Program-made: the position numbers and the translations under genes
Part shown: positions 27,437 through 37,324 of the stretch, piece after piece
How the letters are laid out: each line of letters opens with the position of its first letter
Position numbering within the stretch: the first letter of the stretch is position 1
From: Bacteroidota bacterium
GTDB lineage: Bacteria > Bacteroidota > Bacteroidia > AKYH767-A > 2013-40CM-41-45
Reading direction: 5' to 3'
Length of the DNA stretch: 64,000 nt
NCBI GenBank assembly: GCA_031385005.1
Contig: JANNBB010000051.1
Coordinates: forward strand, 87,405 to 151,404
Notes under the pieces: model-generated
The model's database searches: none
Told to the model about the DNA's origin: nothing
What the model saw: the letters and a program-made list of their open reading frames with translations, nothing else

Positions 27437-29338
27437 TTACTTCCCAAGGAGTTTTCCGCTTTCTAGAAATCCTTGTCGAGCATTTTGATAGTCGGGATTA
27501 ATTTCCATAATCTTTCCAAATGCTTCATGCGCCTTTTCAAAATTTCCCGTAGTAAAATATAGGCCTCCTAAATTATAAAGACAGTTTACTTTGAGAGAAT
27601 CGTTACGGGAAGAATAAAATAATGCTTTATTAAAATAATAAAGAGAGGAATCAAGAATATTTTTCCTCGCATAATCCATGCCTTCGCTGAGGTATTTATC
27701 AGCAAGGAAATTGTCGAAATATTTCAGCTTGGGATGATTGGGGGTGCTCTTTCGAACCTTTTCCCAATAAACTTCCGCTTTTACTGTGCTATCGATCTGA
27801 CTATATGCGACGCCTAAGTTTAACAGTGCATCGTTATATTCAGGATAAATCTGTATCGATTTCTTCAAATAACCTATCGCTTCTATAATAAAACTATCCC
27901 TCCGTGACTTTGGTATCTCCTTGTTAAAACTATAAAAAAGGTATGCTCCTCCGGCCCCACAATTAGCTCGTGCACTATTCGGGGATTTGGAAATATCCGC
28001 TAATGTAAGCAATTGCTCATTTTTCCATTCTTCATTTCGCGTGATCGTTTTATATGACCCTGCAAGAAATAAAGGGGTAATAAGAATGATAGTCAGAACT
28101 GACTTCTTTGTATTCAAAGCCGGATGATTAATTAGCCTGTTGCCAGCCAATACAAGGAATAAGCAAAAATAGATAGAAGGAATAAATAAAAGTCTTTCCC
28201 CAAAAATCATTCCGATATCAACAAAAAGATTGCTGCCAATTGATAAGGTTATCAATAACATAATCAGACAAAACGAAAACACATTCTTCTTTCTAAAACC
28301 GGCAATTGCCGTAATAAACATTACAAAAAAAACAAAGACTGATACCCAAACCCATGGTTCATCTATATTTTTATAAGGAATTTGGTTAAACGAATAATCA
28401 TAACTCAAGGGATGCGGGAAAAATAACATCTTCAAATCGAATAATAACACATATAGTTTTGTAAAAAGAGGTTCAAATCCTTTTGCAAACAAATAAGCAT
28501 TATTAATAATTTCGGGATTAGGAGCTATTCCTCCGAAAGGAACTATTGAATTTCTAATCAGTAAATAAAAAAAAGAAACGACAAGAAATCCCCCGGCATA
28601 CTTGACGATTTCCTTTGTCATAAAATTGCTGAAGAAATATAGCATGACAGGTATTCCCAAAAGAAAGGTAAAACTATTCTCCTTAGCCGTAAGTGAGATA
28701 AAAAAGAAAAGAAAAGATAAAAACAGTTGCATATGCTTACTTGATTGAACATGTTTCCACAAATAAAACAATGATAACAATAGAAAAAGCAAGCACAATA
28801 ATTCATCACGACCTTTAATATTCGCCACCACTTCCGTATGTATCGGATGAATGGCAAATAATAAAGCAGAAAAGAAAGACAACCATACTTCCTTTAACAA
28901 ATATTTATAAAATAATAAAAACAACAATACTACAATGCATGAATATAAAAAGACATTAATAAGATGACTGATGCCGGGTTTGTTTTTACCAAAAACGCCT
29001 ATTTCAATAGAATATGTAATTAGTGATAATGGTCGCCAACCACTACTTGCCGCCGTCTTGCTTTTTACCTGCTTATATCCATAAAGTAAATCCTGACCGA
29101 TATGCTCGGTTATTCCGGCAAATCCCTTTTGTGTAGTTTTATTCTCAGTTATAAATAATGTATCATCGAGACAATAATCATTCAAACAGGTGTTCATATA
29201 AATTATCGAGCAAATAATCACCAAAACCCAAATCAAGGAATTGGAATAGTCATTAATTTTCAACGTTCTTTTATAGATCGGTGAATCTAATTTAGCTTCA
29301 GAAAAAATTTTTTTGCGTGAAATCTTTTTATTGCTCAT
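27437..29338 (-). CDS. TMTC/DUF1736-like GT-C-fold membrane glycosyltransferase with C-terminal TPR repeats (paralog B)
   Basis: Clear homolog of 24661..26559 (NDYCLDDTLFIT; FAIHPIHTEVVANIKGRDELL; C-terminal TPR IQIYPEYNDALLNLGVAYSQ…). Convergent with the GT2 gene. Confidence 0.65.
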   Translation of the reverse strand: MSNKKISRKKIFSEAKLDSPIYKRTLKINDYSNSLIWVLVIICSIIYMNTCLNDYCLDDTLFITENKTTQKGFAGITEHIGQDLLYGYKQVKSKTAASSGWRPLSLITYSIEIGVFGKNKPGISHLINVFLYSCIVVLLFLLFYKYLLKEVWLSFFSALLFAIHPIHTEVVANIKGRDELLCLLFLLLSLFYLWKHVQSSKHMQLFLSFLFFFISLTAKENSFTFLLGIPVMLYFFSNFMTKEIVKYAGGFLVVSFFYLLIRNSIVPFGGIAPNPEIINNAYLFAKGFEPLFTKLYVLLFDLKMLFFPHPLSYDYSFNQIPYKNIDEPWVWVSVFVFFVMFITAIAGFRKKNVFSFCLIMLLITLSIGSNLFVDIGMIFGERLLFIPSIYFCLFLVLAGNRLINHPALNTKKSVLTIILITPLFLAGSYKTITRNEEWKNEQLLTLADISKSPNSARANCGAGGAYLFYSFNKEIPKSRRDSFIIEAIGYLKKSIQIYPEYNDALLNLGVAYSQIDSTVKAEVYWEKVRKSTPNHPKLKYFDNFLADKYLSEGMDYARKNILDSSLYYFNKALFYSSRNDSLKVNCLYNLGGLYFTTGNFEKAHEAFGKIMEINPDYQNARQGFLESGKLLGK

Positions 29339-29570
29339 TTAATTTTTTTGTTCTTCATTTTCAAGAAACATTTCCGAAAAATTGAGAATCTTTGGGGATA
29401 ATTAAGGGGAGGGGGTTATTGAGACACCTAATTCACAATATTAATAATTTTACCAATAAAAAAGACCCGTTTACCATCTTTTTACTAAGAACAAATAAAA
29501 TTTTTGTACATTAACAGGTTAATAATTATCAATATTTTTACAACCCTAATGTTCCCCAATTTATTACCAA

Positions 29571-31895
29571 TTGATGTATTACATTTTTAAAAAAATTATT
29601 TTTGTTTTTTTGCTTTGGATATTGGCTTCCAATGGTGAAACGATTGCACAAACCTATACCATGGCTTCCGGAACAATTTCAACTTGTAGCGGAACATTTT
29701 ATGATCCGGGCGGGACTTCTAATTATGGAAACAACTTAAATATTACTGAAACTTTTTGTTCCAATGCAGGAAATTGCATTCGCATTAGTTTCACCTCTTT
29801 TAATACTCAGGCAGGAAACGATATTCTTACCATTTACGATGGTCCTTCAACAGCATCTGCTGTAATCGGCAGTTACTCGGGAAACACTTCACCCGGTGTT
29901 GTAATTTCGTCTTCCGGTTGTCTGACATTTAAATTCGTTACCAATGGAAGTAATGTTAAAGCCGGCTGGGCTGCGACTATATCGTGTGTTTCCTGTGGAA
30001 ATATTTATCTGATGAATAATAATACAGCCGTTAACACCTGTAACGGACTTTTTTATGATGATGGCGGACTTGCCGGAAATTATGCAAACAATTTAAACTT
30101 CACGAAAACATTTTGTTCTTCTCCTGCCGGAAGCTGCATTCAAATACTCTTTACAGCTTTCAATCTGAAGGCAAACGATATATTAACTTTTTACAATGGC
30201 TCAACAGTTGCCTCGCCTTTAATCGGCGCCTATACTGGTACTACCCTTCCTCCAACAATTCTTTCATCAACCGGTTGCCTGACTGTAAACTTCACAACTA
30301 ATGGCTCATCTGTTGGTTCCGGTTGGGAAGCCGTTGTTTCTTGTGAACCCTGTCCTACTCCACCGGGTGGATCAGCGACTTATACGCATCCAACTGTCGG
30401 TTTGCAAAATGCCTATGTCGGAACCAATATGGTTGCAACATGCAGTGGTACTTACACTGACAATGGTGGCGTTGGTGGAAATTATTCTGCCAACATCAAC
30501 GATGTTTATCGCACATTTTGTCCGAACCAAGCCGGAAAATGTATGCGGGCGACTTTCTGGTCGTTAGACATTGAAGGTCCTTTCGGCGGCTTTTATACAG
30601 ATTACCTCGAAATTCTAAACGGCCCGACTCAAAATAGCCCTCAATTCGGTACGGGTTCTATCTGGTACGGAACCGCTACCACCTATCAAGCGTGTATGAA
30701 TGCCGGATTAGGACCTTATGTCTCAACGGATCAAAGCGGTTGCCTTACTTTTATTTTTAATTCTGATGGATCTGTTAATCAGGCCGGCTGGGTTGCAACT
30801 TTGGATTGTGTGCCTTGTTCGAACGGCCCAAATGGAACAGACAATAGCGATTGTATTACTCCTACTGCAATCTGTACGAATCAAAGTTTTACCGATGCCA
30901 GCACAGGTCCTGGAATTGTTTCAGATGGCGGAGGTGGTTGTGTATTAGCAGAAAATTTCTCGAACTGGTATCGAATACTGATCAACACCTCAGGAACATT
31001 AGGGTTGAATATCGTTCCCAATAATGTCAATGATGATTACGATTTTGCACTATATCAATCGGCAACATGTGCCGGATTAGGAGCACCCGTTCGATGCTCT
31101 TATGCTGCGAACACAGGTAATACGGGAATGGACAATGCACTTAACTTATCTACCAATACAGCTATCTGCGGAACTCCAAACAATGGTTCGGATATCTCCG
31201 AAGATGTTTGTGGAAATGCCTGGGTAAACACACTGCCTGTTATTGCCGGCCAAGCATATTATTTATTGGTAAACAAATGGTCGCCCGGTGGAAGTGGATT
31301 TACTTTAAACTGGGTACTCTCCGGAGGAGCATCATTGAATTGCGCAGTTCTACCTGTGGAATTGTTGTCCTTCGATGGTTATCCGGATGATAAAAAAGTT
31401 ATTCTCACCTGGACAACTGCCAGCGAAATCAACAACAGTTATTTCACCGTTGAAAAAAGTGCAGATGGAAAACATTTCGAACCTTTTCAGATTGTTGAAG
31501 GTGCTGGAACGAGCACGGTAATCAACAACTACTCAACTGTTGACTTATCACCATTACCGGAAATCTCTTACTATCGCCTCAAACAAACCGACTACGATGG
31601 CATGATTTCCTATTCAGAGATCATAGTTGTTCAAAGTAATGTTACTGATGTCTTCTATGCAATTCCAAATCCCGGTATTGATAAAACCAAACTTGTTTTT
31701 AGCTCGTCAGAAAAAGGAGATCAGAATTTGACCGTTTATAGTATGCAGGGGTTTCCGCTTTTCAAAGACAAAGTTGATGCCGATCGCGGAATTAATTTTT
31801 ATGATCTTGTTCTTCAGGATTTCGAAAAAGGAATTTATTTTATTATTTTGGATGATAAAAAAACGTTTAGGAAAATTCGATTTGTTAAACTATAG
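29571..31895 (+). CDS. secreted protein with four CUB-like domains and T9SS C-terminal domain
   Basis: Four repeats of C..G.F.D.GG...Y.NN…C…I.F..F…DIL.IYDG…SGC.TF.F..NGS…GW…C. C-terminal T9SS-type domain (…YYRLKQTDYDGMISYSEIIVV…). Confidence 0.55.
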   Translation: MMYYIFKKIIFVFLLWILASNGETIAQTYTMASGTISTCSGTFYDPGGTSNYGNNLNITETFCSNAGNCIRISFTSFNTQAGNDILTIYDGPSTASAVIGSYSGNTSPGVVISSSGCLTFKFVTNGSNVKAGWAATISCVSCGNIYLMNNNTAVNTCNGLFYDDGGLAGNYANNLNFTKTFCSSPAGSCIQILFTAFNLKANDILTFYNGSTVASPLIGAYTGTTLPPTILSSTGCLTVNFTTNGSSVGSGWEAVVSCEPCPTPPGGSATYTHPTVGLQNAYVGTNMVATCSGTYTDNGGVGGNYSANINDVYRTFCPNQAGKCMRATFWSLDIEGPFGGFYTDYLEILNGPTQNSPQFGTGSIWYGTATTYQACMNAGLGPYVSTDQSGCLTFIFNSDGSVNQAGWVATLDCVPCSNGPNGTDNSDCITPTAICTNQSFTDASTGPGIVSDGGGGCVLAENFSNWYRILINTSGTLGLNIVPNNVNDDYDFALYQSATCAGLGAPVRCSYAANTGNTGMDNALNLSTNTAICGTPNNGSDISEDVCGNAWVNTLPVIAGQAYYLLVNKWSPGGSGFTLNWVLSGGASLNCAVLPVELLSFDGYPDDKKVILTWTTASEINNSYFTVEKSADGKHFEPFQIVEGAGTSTVINNYSTVDLSPLPEISYYRLKQTDYDGMISYSEIIVVQSNVTDVFYAIPNPGIDKTKLVFSSSEKGDQNLTVYSMQGFPLFKDKVDADRGINFYDLVLQDFEKGIYFIILDDKKTFRKIRFVKL

Positions 31896-31968
31896 TTTGT
31901 TGGATTGCGCTAACTTAAAAAAGAGAACAAAGAGCAACCGATTTGAATTTGGCTAAAACTGTTAAGTA

Positions 31969-33540
31969 TTAATACTTAACTAACTTTTGAGTATTGAATA
32001 GTTTTCCATTTGCAATTACCCTTACAAAATAAAATCCAGTTGGAATATCCGCTTTTATATTTAACAACGAAGCGGAAGGGTTTGAAGAAGCAAAAACAAT
32101 TTGACCAATATTATTAATGATTTCTACACCAGGGTTATTCACCCATTCACCGAAGTCTATAATGAAATCATCCTTTGAAGGATTGGGGTAAATAGAAAAG
32201 TCTGTAGTAGCCAAATTATTGTTTCCGGAGAGACATGAATTCGGACAAATCGTATTAAAAGAAGCAAAAGAGTCAATGAGCGTCCAGTTCATATCAGACC
32301 ACGCTGAATCGTCAACTTCAATACATGTGAGGTTTGGATTATTGTTAGCGGCAAAATATTGAAAAAAAGTATTGTTGCCATTTTTTACATTTAAACAAAA
32401 AAGATCGTTGCCGGTGCAATTCAACATTCGTAATACACTATTCTGCGCCAAATTTAGTCCTGTGAGTTGATTGTTGGAGCAATAAAAATTTCCAAGAACT
32501 GCATTGTAGGAGACATTTATACTTGCAAGTTGATTGCTATCGCATCTTAAATAAATTAAATCCAAATTTTGACTTGGATCTAAACTATTCAACAGGTTTT
32601 CTTCTAGCGACAAACTGTACATCTGGGTGTTTCGGGAAATATCAAGAGCGGTCAACAGATTAAAACCACATCTTAAATCACGCAGATTAATATTATGAGT
32701 AACATCTAAAGCCGCCAATAAGTTATGACTACAATCCAAATGAGTTATATCGGAATTCCGGGTTAGGTCTAAGCTTTGTATGTTATTATTGTAACAGCCT
32801 AAGGTGATTAATAGTGGATTAAATGATACATCCAAATTATTGAGTTGGTTGTAATGACAGTGGAAATGCTTTAAGCCCTGACATACAGAAACATCTATGT
32901 TCGTTAGTAAATTATTACCAACATTCAGTACAGTTAATCCGGAATTGCCAGACAAGTCTAAATTGGTTAGTTGATTGTAATCGCATCTCAGATAGTTCAG
33001 AGAAATATTATTAGATAGATCTAAAGTTGTTAGCTGTGAATTATAACAAAGCAATGTTTCAAGAGATGGGTTTTGTGAGAGATCTACTGTACTTAATGGA
33101 TTATAGCTACAATTCAAAGTAGTTAATGCTGCTAGAGCAGAAATATCTAAAACAGAAAGAGCATTAATGTCACACTGAAGAGAAGTTAGTAAGATATTTT
33201 GCGAAATATTCAAATTTGAAATTTGATTAGCCCTGCAATCCAAAGAGGTTAAAGCAGTATTTTGTGAAAGATCCAGATTAGTGAGGATGTTATTGCTGCA
33301 ATTCAAAGAAGTAAGAGCAACAAAATCCTGTATTCCTGTTAAATCTGAAATATCAAATGGATTGGCCACATTTAATACAGTTATTGTATCGGTTCTAGAT
33401 GTACTGATAAAGCCATCAGGCACACCCGTGTCGATGCCCCAAAGTATAAGGGTTTTTTCAAATGCGGAATCCGGAATTGCTGTGAATTGAGCTTGTACAT
33501 TCACATAAATGAATGTTAAAAGAAAAGTTAAATACTTCAT
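31969..33540 (-). CDS. leucine-rich repeat (LRR) protein with T9SS C-terminal domain
   Basis: About 18 tandem 22-aa LRRs (LTSLDCRANQISNLNISQNILLTSLQC…). Signal peptide MKYLTFLLTFIYVNVQAQ. C-terminal 'IYPNPSKDDFIIDF…' CTD. Confidence 0.7.
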   Translation of the reverse strand: MKYLTFLLTFIYVNVQAQFTAIPDSAFEKTLILWGIDTGVPDGFISTSRTDTITVLNVANPFDISDLTGIQDFVALTSLNCSNNILTNLDLSQNTALTSLDCRANQISNLNISQNILLTSLQCDINALSVLDISALAALTTLNCSYNPLSTVDLSQNPSLETLLCYNSQLTTLDLSNNISLNYLRCDYNQLTNLDLSGNSGLTVLNVGNNLLTNIDVSVCQGLKHFHCHYNQLNNLDVSFNPLLITLGCYNNNIQSLDLTRNSDITHLDCSHNLLAALDVTHNINLRDLRCGFNLLTALDISRNTQMYSLSLEENLLNSLDPSQNLDLIYLRCDSNQLASINVSYNAVLGNFYCSNNQLTGLNLAQNSVLRMLNCTGNDLFCLNVKNGNNTFFQYFAANNNPNLTCIEVDDSAWSDMNWTLIDSFASFNTICPNSCLSGNNNLATTDFSIYPNPSKDDFIIDFGEWVNNPGVEIINNIGQIVFASSNPSASLLNIKADIPTGFYFVRVIANGKLFNTQKLVKY

Positions 33541-33626
33541 TGTAGAAAATTTTTATAATTAAAGATACATATATTTACATAAATAAAACGGAGTTTATGT
33601 TTTTTCGAATTCTTGCTAATTCAAAG

Positions 33627-34046
33627 ATGACCAATCAGATTTTCCCTTTCAGACTTTTAATTTGCCTTTGTTTGCTATTGTTTGTTTTAAAGTCAAATTC
33701 GCAAACAAATGGTAGCGCTTTAAACAACACCTACGTTTCTTCCTATTTAGATTCAAAAAAAATACTTGGTATTTGGAGTTTGGTCGATTCTATTGGTTAT
33801 GATATAGAATTTATCGATTCCGGATATGAGATCGAATTAAAAAGTAACTATTCTCACAAATATTATTTTTCTAAAGATTCTACTGGTCATATGTCCTCTT
33901 CGGGCTATTATCCCCAATGGCCACCACCGGGCTGCGATTTAGTACTTATTTCCAACGATACTCTGAAAATCACTTATTCGCCATTTTTTGAACCGGGTCC
34001 AAGTTTTTTTTATGTTAAAAAGAATAGACTAATAAAAAAGAAATGA
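33627..34046 (+). CDS. hypothetical secreted protein
   Basis: Signal peptide MTNQIFPFRLLICLCLLLFVLKSNSQ at the internal ATG 33627 (the ORF track starts at 33597). Confidence 0.4.
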   Translation: MTNQIFPFRLLICLCLLLFVLKSNSQTNGSALNNTYVSSYLDSKKILGIWSLVDSIGYDIEFIDSGYEIELKSNYSHKYYFSKDSTGHMSSSGYYPQWPPPGCDLVLISNDTLKITYSPFFEPGPSFFYVKKNRLIKKK

Positions 34047-34723
34047 AAATTGCATTGACAATAACAATAACGTTAATGACAGTTTTTGCCAATGGGCAAG
34101 TTAACCAATATTTTATTGAGGAATACCCACAAGATACTTTTCCATGCGGTATTCCATTTTGTGTAAGTTATTCACATGAAGAGCAAGTTGATTTCGGCGC
34201 CATCTATCATACCGACACAATAGAAGGAGAACTTCAGGATATTTTTGAATCAAATGAACTCTTTGAAAGAGATAGCATGCGTCTATTACCAAAAGATTTT
34301 GTCAAATTACATTTATTACCTCTAACAAAACTATTAGACTCTACGGATTCTAAAAATAAAGACTCCACTCCCGGTGAATCGCTTGATGAATATCTGAAGG
34401 CTGATTTCTATGCCCGGCAATTAGTCGTTAAGACAACTATGTACTATGGTGTAATTTATGAAAGAATTTTTGCCGAAGGACTACGCAGTTCAGAAAAGTT
34501 TCTCAGTACCTTTGATATTAGTGGAAATTTTATTTCAAGAATAAAAATTGCTTCTTTTATATTCAATGGAACAGGTTTTAGTTCATCAGGCCAAAGAGTT
34601 CCCTGGTTTCCGCTTGAATACGGTTGCATCCAAAAGGACTTGAAAATTAAATTCATTTCGCAAGAACACGGAAACAAGAATTATAAAATTGAAGCAAACG
34701 GTGAAATAATCGAAATAAAATAA
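34043..34723 (+). CDS. hypothetical secreted protein
   Basis: 4-bp overlap with the upstream gene (ATGA). Signal peptide MKIALTITITLMTVFANGQ. Confidence 0.4.
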   Translation: MKIALTITITLMTVFANGQVNQYFIEEYPQDTFPCGIPFCVSYSHEEQVDFGAIYHTDTIEGELQDIFESNELFERDSMRLLPKDFVKLHLLPLTKLLDSTDSKNKDSTPGESLDEYLKADFYARQLVVKTTMYYGVIYERIFAEGLRSSEKFLSTFDISGNFISRIKIASFIFNGTGFSSSGQRVPWFPLEYGCIQKDLKIKFISQEHGNKNYKIEANGEIIEIK

Positions 34724-34775
34724 TTTTGATTCGATTCTTAAATACATCAGGTATTTTGTATCTTTAATAAAAAAA

Positions 34776-35564
34776 ATGAAAAACAGTTATTTGATTTTCC
34801 TACTTGTATTATTTTTTACATCGGTTTATTCTCAAAATTCTAACTACGAATTTTCAGGCAGGTACACACCGGTTATTAAAAAAGAAATGCTGAATGATGC
34901 TATGTATATAAGTGAAATTACACCTGAAATCGGTCGCTATTTTATGTTACCGTACAAATCTCAAGAAAAGCTGAATCAACTATTAAGAATACAAAAATTG
35001 GTAAATTATAATCAGGAGAGTTTTTACAAAGTTATAGATTATGTTTCTTTTAATATCACAACAACTATTAAAGGCAAAACTTTTACGTCTGAAAGTTTAA
35101 GTGAAAAACTAACATTTTTCCAAAAAAATATTTTATATCATGCTGATTTAGGAAGTGAAATTCAAATGAATATAAAATTTAAATTTAAAAATCAGTTTTA
35201 TGATAATTCTGAAATTTCAAATACAATTCAAGAAGGAGAATATTCAGTAACAGTAGTCCCTGAATCTGAAGCGGAATTTCCTGGCGGACTCAAACAGTTA
35301 CCATTTTATTATTTTGAAAGCGTAATGAATAAAGTGCATGATAAAGGCCTGGCCGAAAAATTCCGTAATGCCATAGTAGAGTTCACAGTTAATGAAGAAG
35401 GCCAAATCGTTGATGCAAAAATTACACGAACATCATCAGATATTAAAATCGACAAATTATTAATCGATGCCACATATAAAATGCCAAAGTGGATTCCTGC
35501 AAAAAACTCAAAAGGAATAAAAGTTAAACAAGCTTTCAACATTCCTTTTGGTGGCGGATGTTAG
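34776..35564 (+). CDS. secreted protein with TonB C-terminal-like domain
   Basis: Signal peptide. C-terminal ~90 aa (AEFPGGLKQLPFYYFESV…GLAEKFRNAIVEFTVNEEGQIVDAKI…) resembles TonB_C / energy-transducer family domains. Confidence 0.4.
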   Translation: MKNSYLIFLLVLFFTSVYSQNSNYEFSGRYTPVIKKEMLNDAMYISEITPEIGRYFMLPYKSQEKLNQLLRIQKLVNYNQESFYKVIDYVSFNITTTIKGKTFTSESLSEKLTFFQKNILYHADLGSEIQMNIKFKFKNQFYDNSEISNTIQEGEYSVTVVPESEAEFPGGLKQLPFYYFESVMNKVHDKGLAEKFRNAIVEFTVNEEGQIVDAKITRTSSDIKIDKLLIDATYKMPKWIPAKNSKGIKVKQAFNIPFGGGC

Positions 35565-35750
35565 ATTTTGATTTTAAAAATAATTCTGCAAAAGTTTACG
35601 CGCAAATTTCTATCCACACTACAAGCAATAATATTTAGGACAGATTTAAAAACTTTCACTTTTTTGGTAATGAATTTGTCAGAAGATGCCATTTCGCTAC
35701 TTTATAAAAAGTAATTATGTAACTTTCAAAAATAAATTAACTATTAATAG

Positions 35751-37136
35751 ATGAAAATAAATCTACTAACTGCAATACTAATCTCATTCTTTTCACAAGC
35801 AGATGCACAATTTTGTTTTAGTCCGATAACTGCATATCCAGCAGGTGGTAATTCGGGATCGATTTGTACAGGATATTTCAATTCGGATAGCATACTTGAT
35901 CTTGCAGTAGCAAATCGTTCAGGAACTGTTTCAATTTTAACGGGAAATTCCGGCGGTCTTTTTAATGCTGCTTCAAGCTTTAATGTTGGATATCTGCCTT
36001 ATTCCATTTGTTCCGCTGATTTCAACAACGATAACAATGCAGATATAGCAACTGCCAACAGAGGGCCCTGGGACATATCCACTTACAATGGAAATGGAAT
36101 GGGCACTTTTGTTACCGGTATTTCAATACCAATGGCTAATCCGACAGCAGTAATAACTGACGATTTTAACCTTGATGGAAAAGCTGATTTGGCTTTTGCT
36201 CATTATGGTCTAGTCTTAATCGCCTTGGGTGATGGCACCGGAAATTTCAGCACACCACATAGTACCGCATTAAGCAGTATGATAAACTGTATTACATCGG
36301 CTGATTATAATAATGATAGCATTCCCGATATTGCAGCTTGTGAAGGGGGAACTATTGATGTAGTCATTTTACAAGGCGATGGTTTAGGCGGATTAACCAC
36401 AGTCAATACGCTTCCTGTTGATACCGCTCCGATTGCTATAATAAATGGTGACTTCAATAACGACGGCCTTATAGATTTGGCGACAGCAAATGTGAAACTA
36501 AATACTCACGGAAGTGTTTCTATTTTTCTAAACACCGGCACCGGAAATTTTGGACCGGCAACAAATTTTTCATTAGGAATAAATACCAAACCTGTATCCA
36601 TTTGTACAGCCGACTTCGACGGCGACAATAAACCGGATCTTGCTTTTGGCACCATTGCAAATAACAGCACACCCTATGTTACGCTTATGCAAGGAGACGG
36701 ATTTGGCAGCTTTGGAATTCCTATGAATATAGCTGTTGACTCCTTTCCGACTTCAATCGCTAGCGCCGATTTTAACAGTGACGGAAAAATGGATCTGGCG
36801 CTGGTTTGTGTTTACAACAATGCGAGCATTGGCAATGTAGATGTTTTATTAAATTGTACGCCTACCGGAATTTCTGAAATGGAAAATGATAACCACACAC
36901 TTTTAGTTTATCCAAATCCGCATGAAGGAATTTTCTCCATTCAGATTAACACAGATGTTTTGATCGTTGGAGACTTGGAAATTCTAAATATAACCGGCGA
37001 AAAAATGTTATCAGTTCCTGTTTCTGAAAATAAAAATTCTGTTCTGATAGATTTAAGCAATCGACCTAAAGGAGTATATCTGGCAAAGTTAAAAACAGCA
37101 GACCGTATAGTAACCAAGTTAATAAATCTGCAATAA
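35751..37136 (+). CDS. FG-GAP/VCBS repeat beta-propeller protein with T9SS C-terminal domain
   Basis: Repeats ADFNNDNNADIA, DDFNLDGKADLA, ADYNNDSIPDIA, GDFNNDGLIDLA, ADFDGDNKPDLA, ADFNSDGKMDLA. C-terminal 'LVYPNPHEGIFSIQI…' CTD. Confidence 0.7.
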   Translation: MKINLLTAILISFFSQADAQFCFSPITAYPAGGNSGSICTGYFNSDSILDLAVANRSGTVSILTGNSGGLFNAASSFNVGYLPYSICSADFNNDNNADIATANRGPWDISTYNGNGMGTFVTGISIPMANPTAVITDDFNLDGKADLAFAHYGLVLIALGDGTGNFSTPHSTALSSMINCITSADYNNDSIPDIAACEGGTIDVVILQGDGLGGLTTVNTLPVDTAPIAIINGDFNNDGLIDLATANVKLNTHGSVSIFLNTGTGNFGPATNFSLGINTKPVSICTADFDGDNKPDLAFGTIANNSTPYVTLMQGDGFGSFGIPMNIAVDSFPTSIASADFNSDGKMDLALVCVYNNASIGNVDVLLNCTPTGISEMENDNHTLLVYPNPHEGIFSIQINTDVLIVGDLEILNITGEKMLSVPVSENKNSVLIDLSNRPKGVYLAKLKTADRIVTKLINLQ

Positions 37137-37324
37137 TTTTTACTCTTATGAATTATTAATGCTACGCCGTATTAATCTGATCGGAATTTTAAGTTCCATC
37201 CTTTTGTTCTGTTTTTAATGATTCTTAAGCCAACTTTTGTAGTTTCTGCATAGAAAAAACAGAATTATAAACACTTTTTAGTACTTTTTTGGCTTAAGAT
37301 TCTTAAAATTGCACAAAAAACTAC

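Noticed and set aside
29395-29422. G-rich tract (ggggataattaaggggagggggtt) in the divergent promoter region between the TMTC-like gene and the CUB-repeat gene
   Set aside because: It is too short and too interrupted to call a G-quadruplex or a regulatory motif. Noted only as unusual in an AT-rich genome.
37220-37303. Inverted repeat gattcttaagcc / ggcttaagattc upstream of glnS as a possible T-box or attenuator
   Set aside because: The arms are 12 bp and separated by ~60 nt, with no specifier or antiterminator features recognisable. GlnRS genes in this phylum are not known to use T-boxes. Left as an unexplained hairpin.
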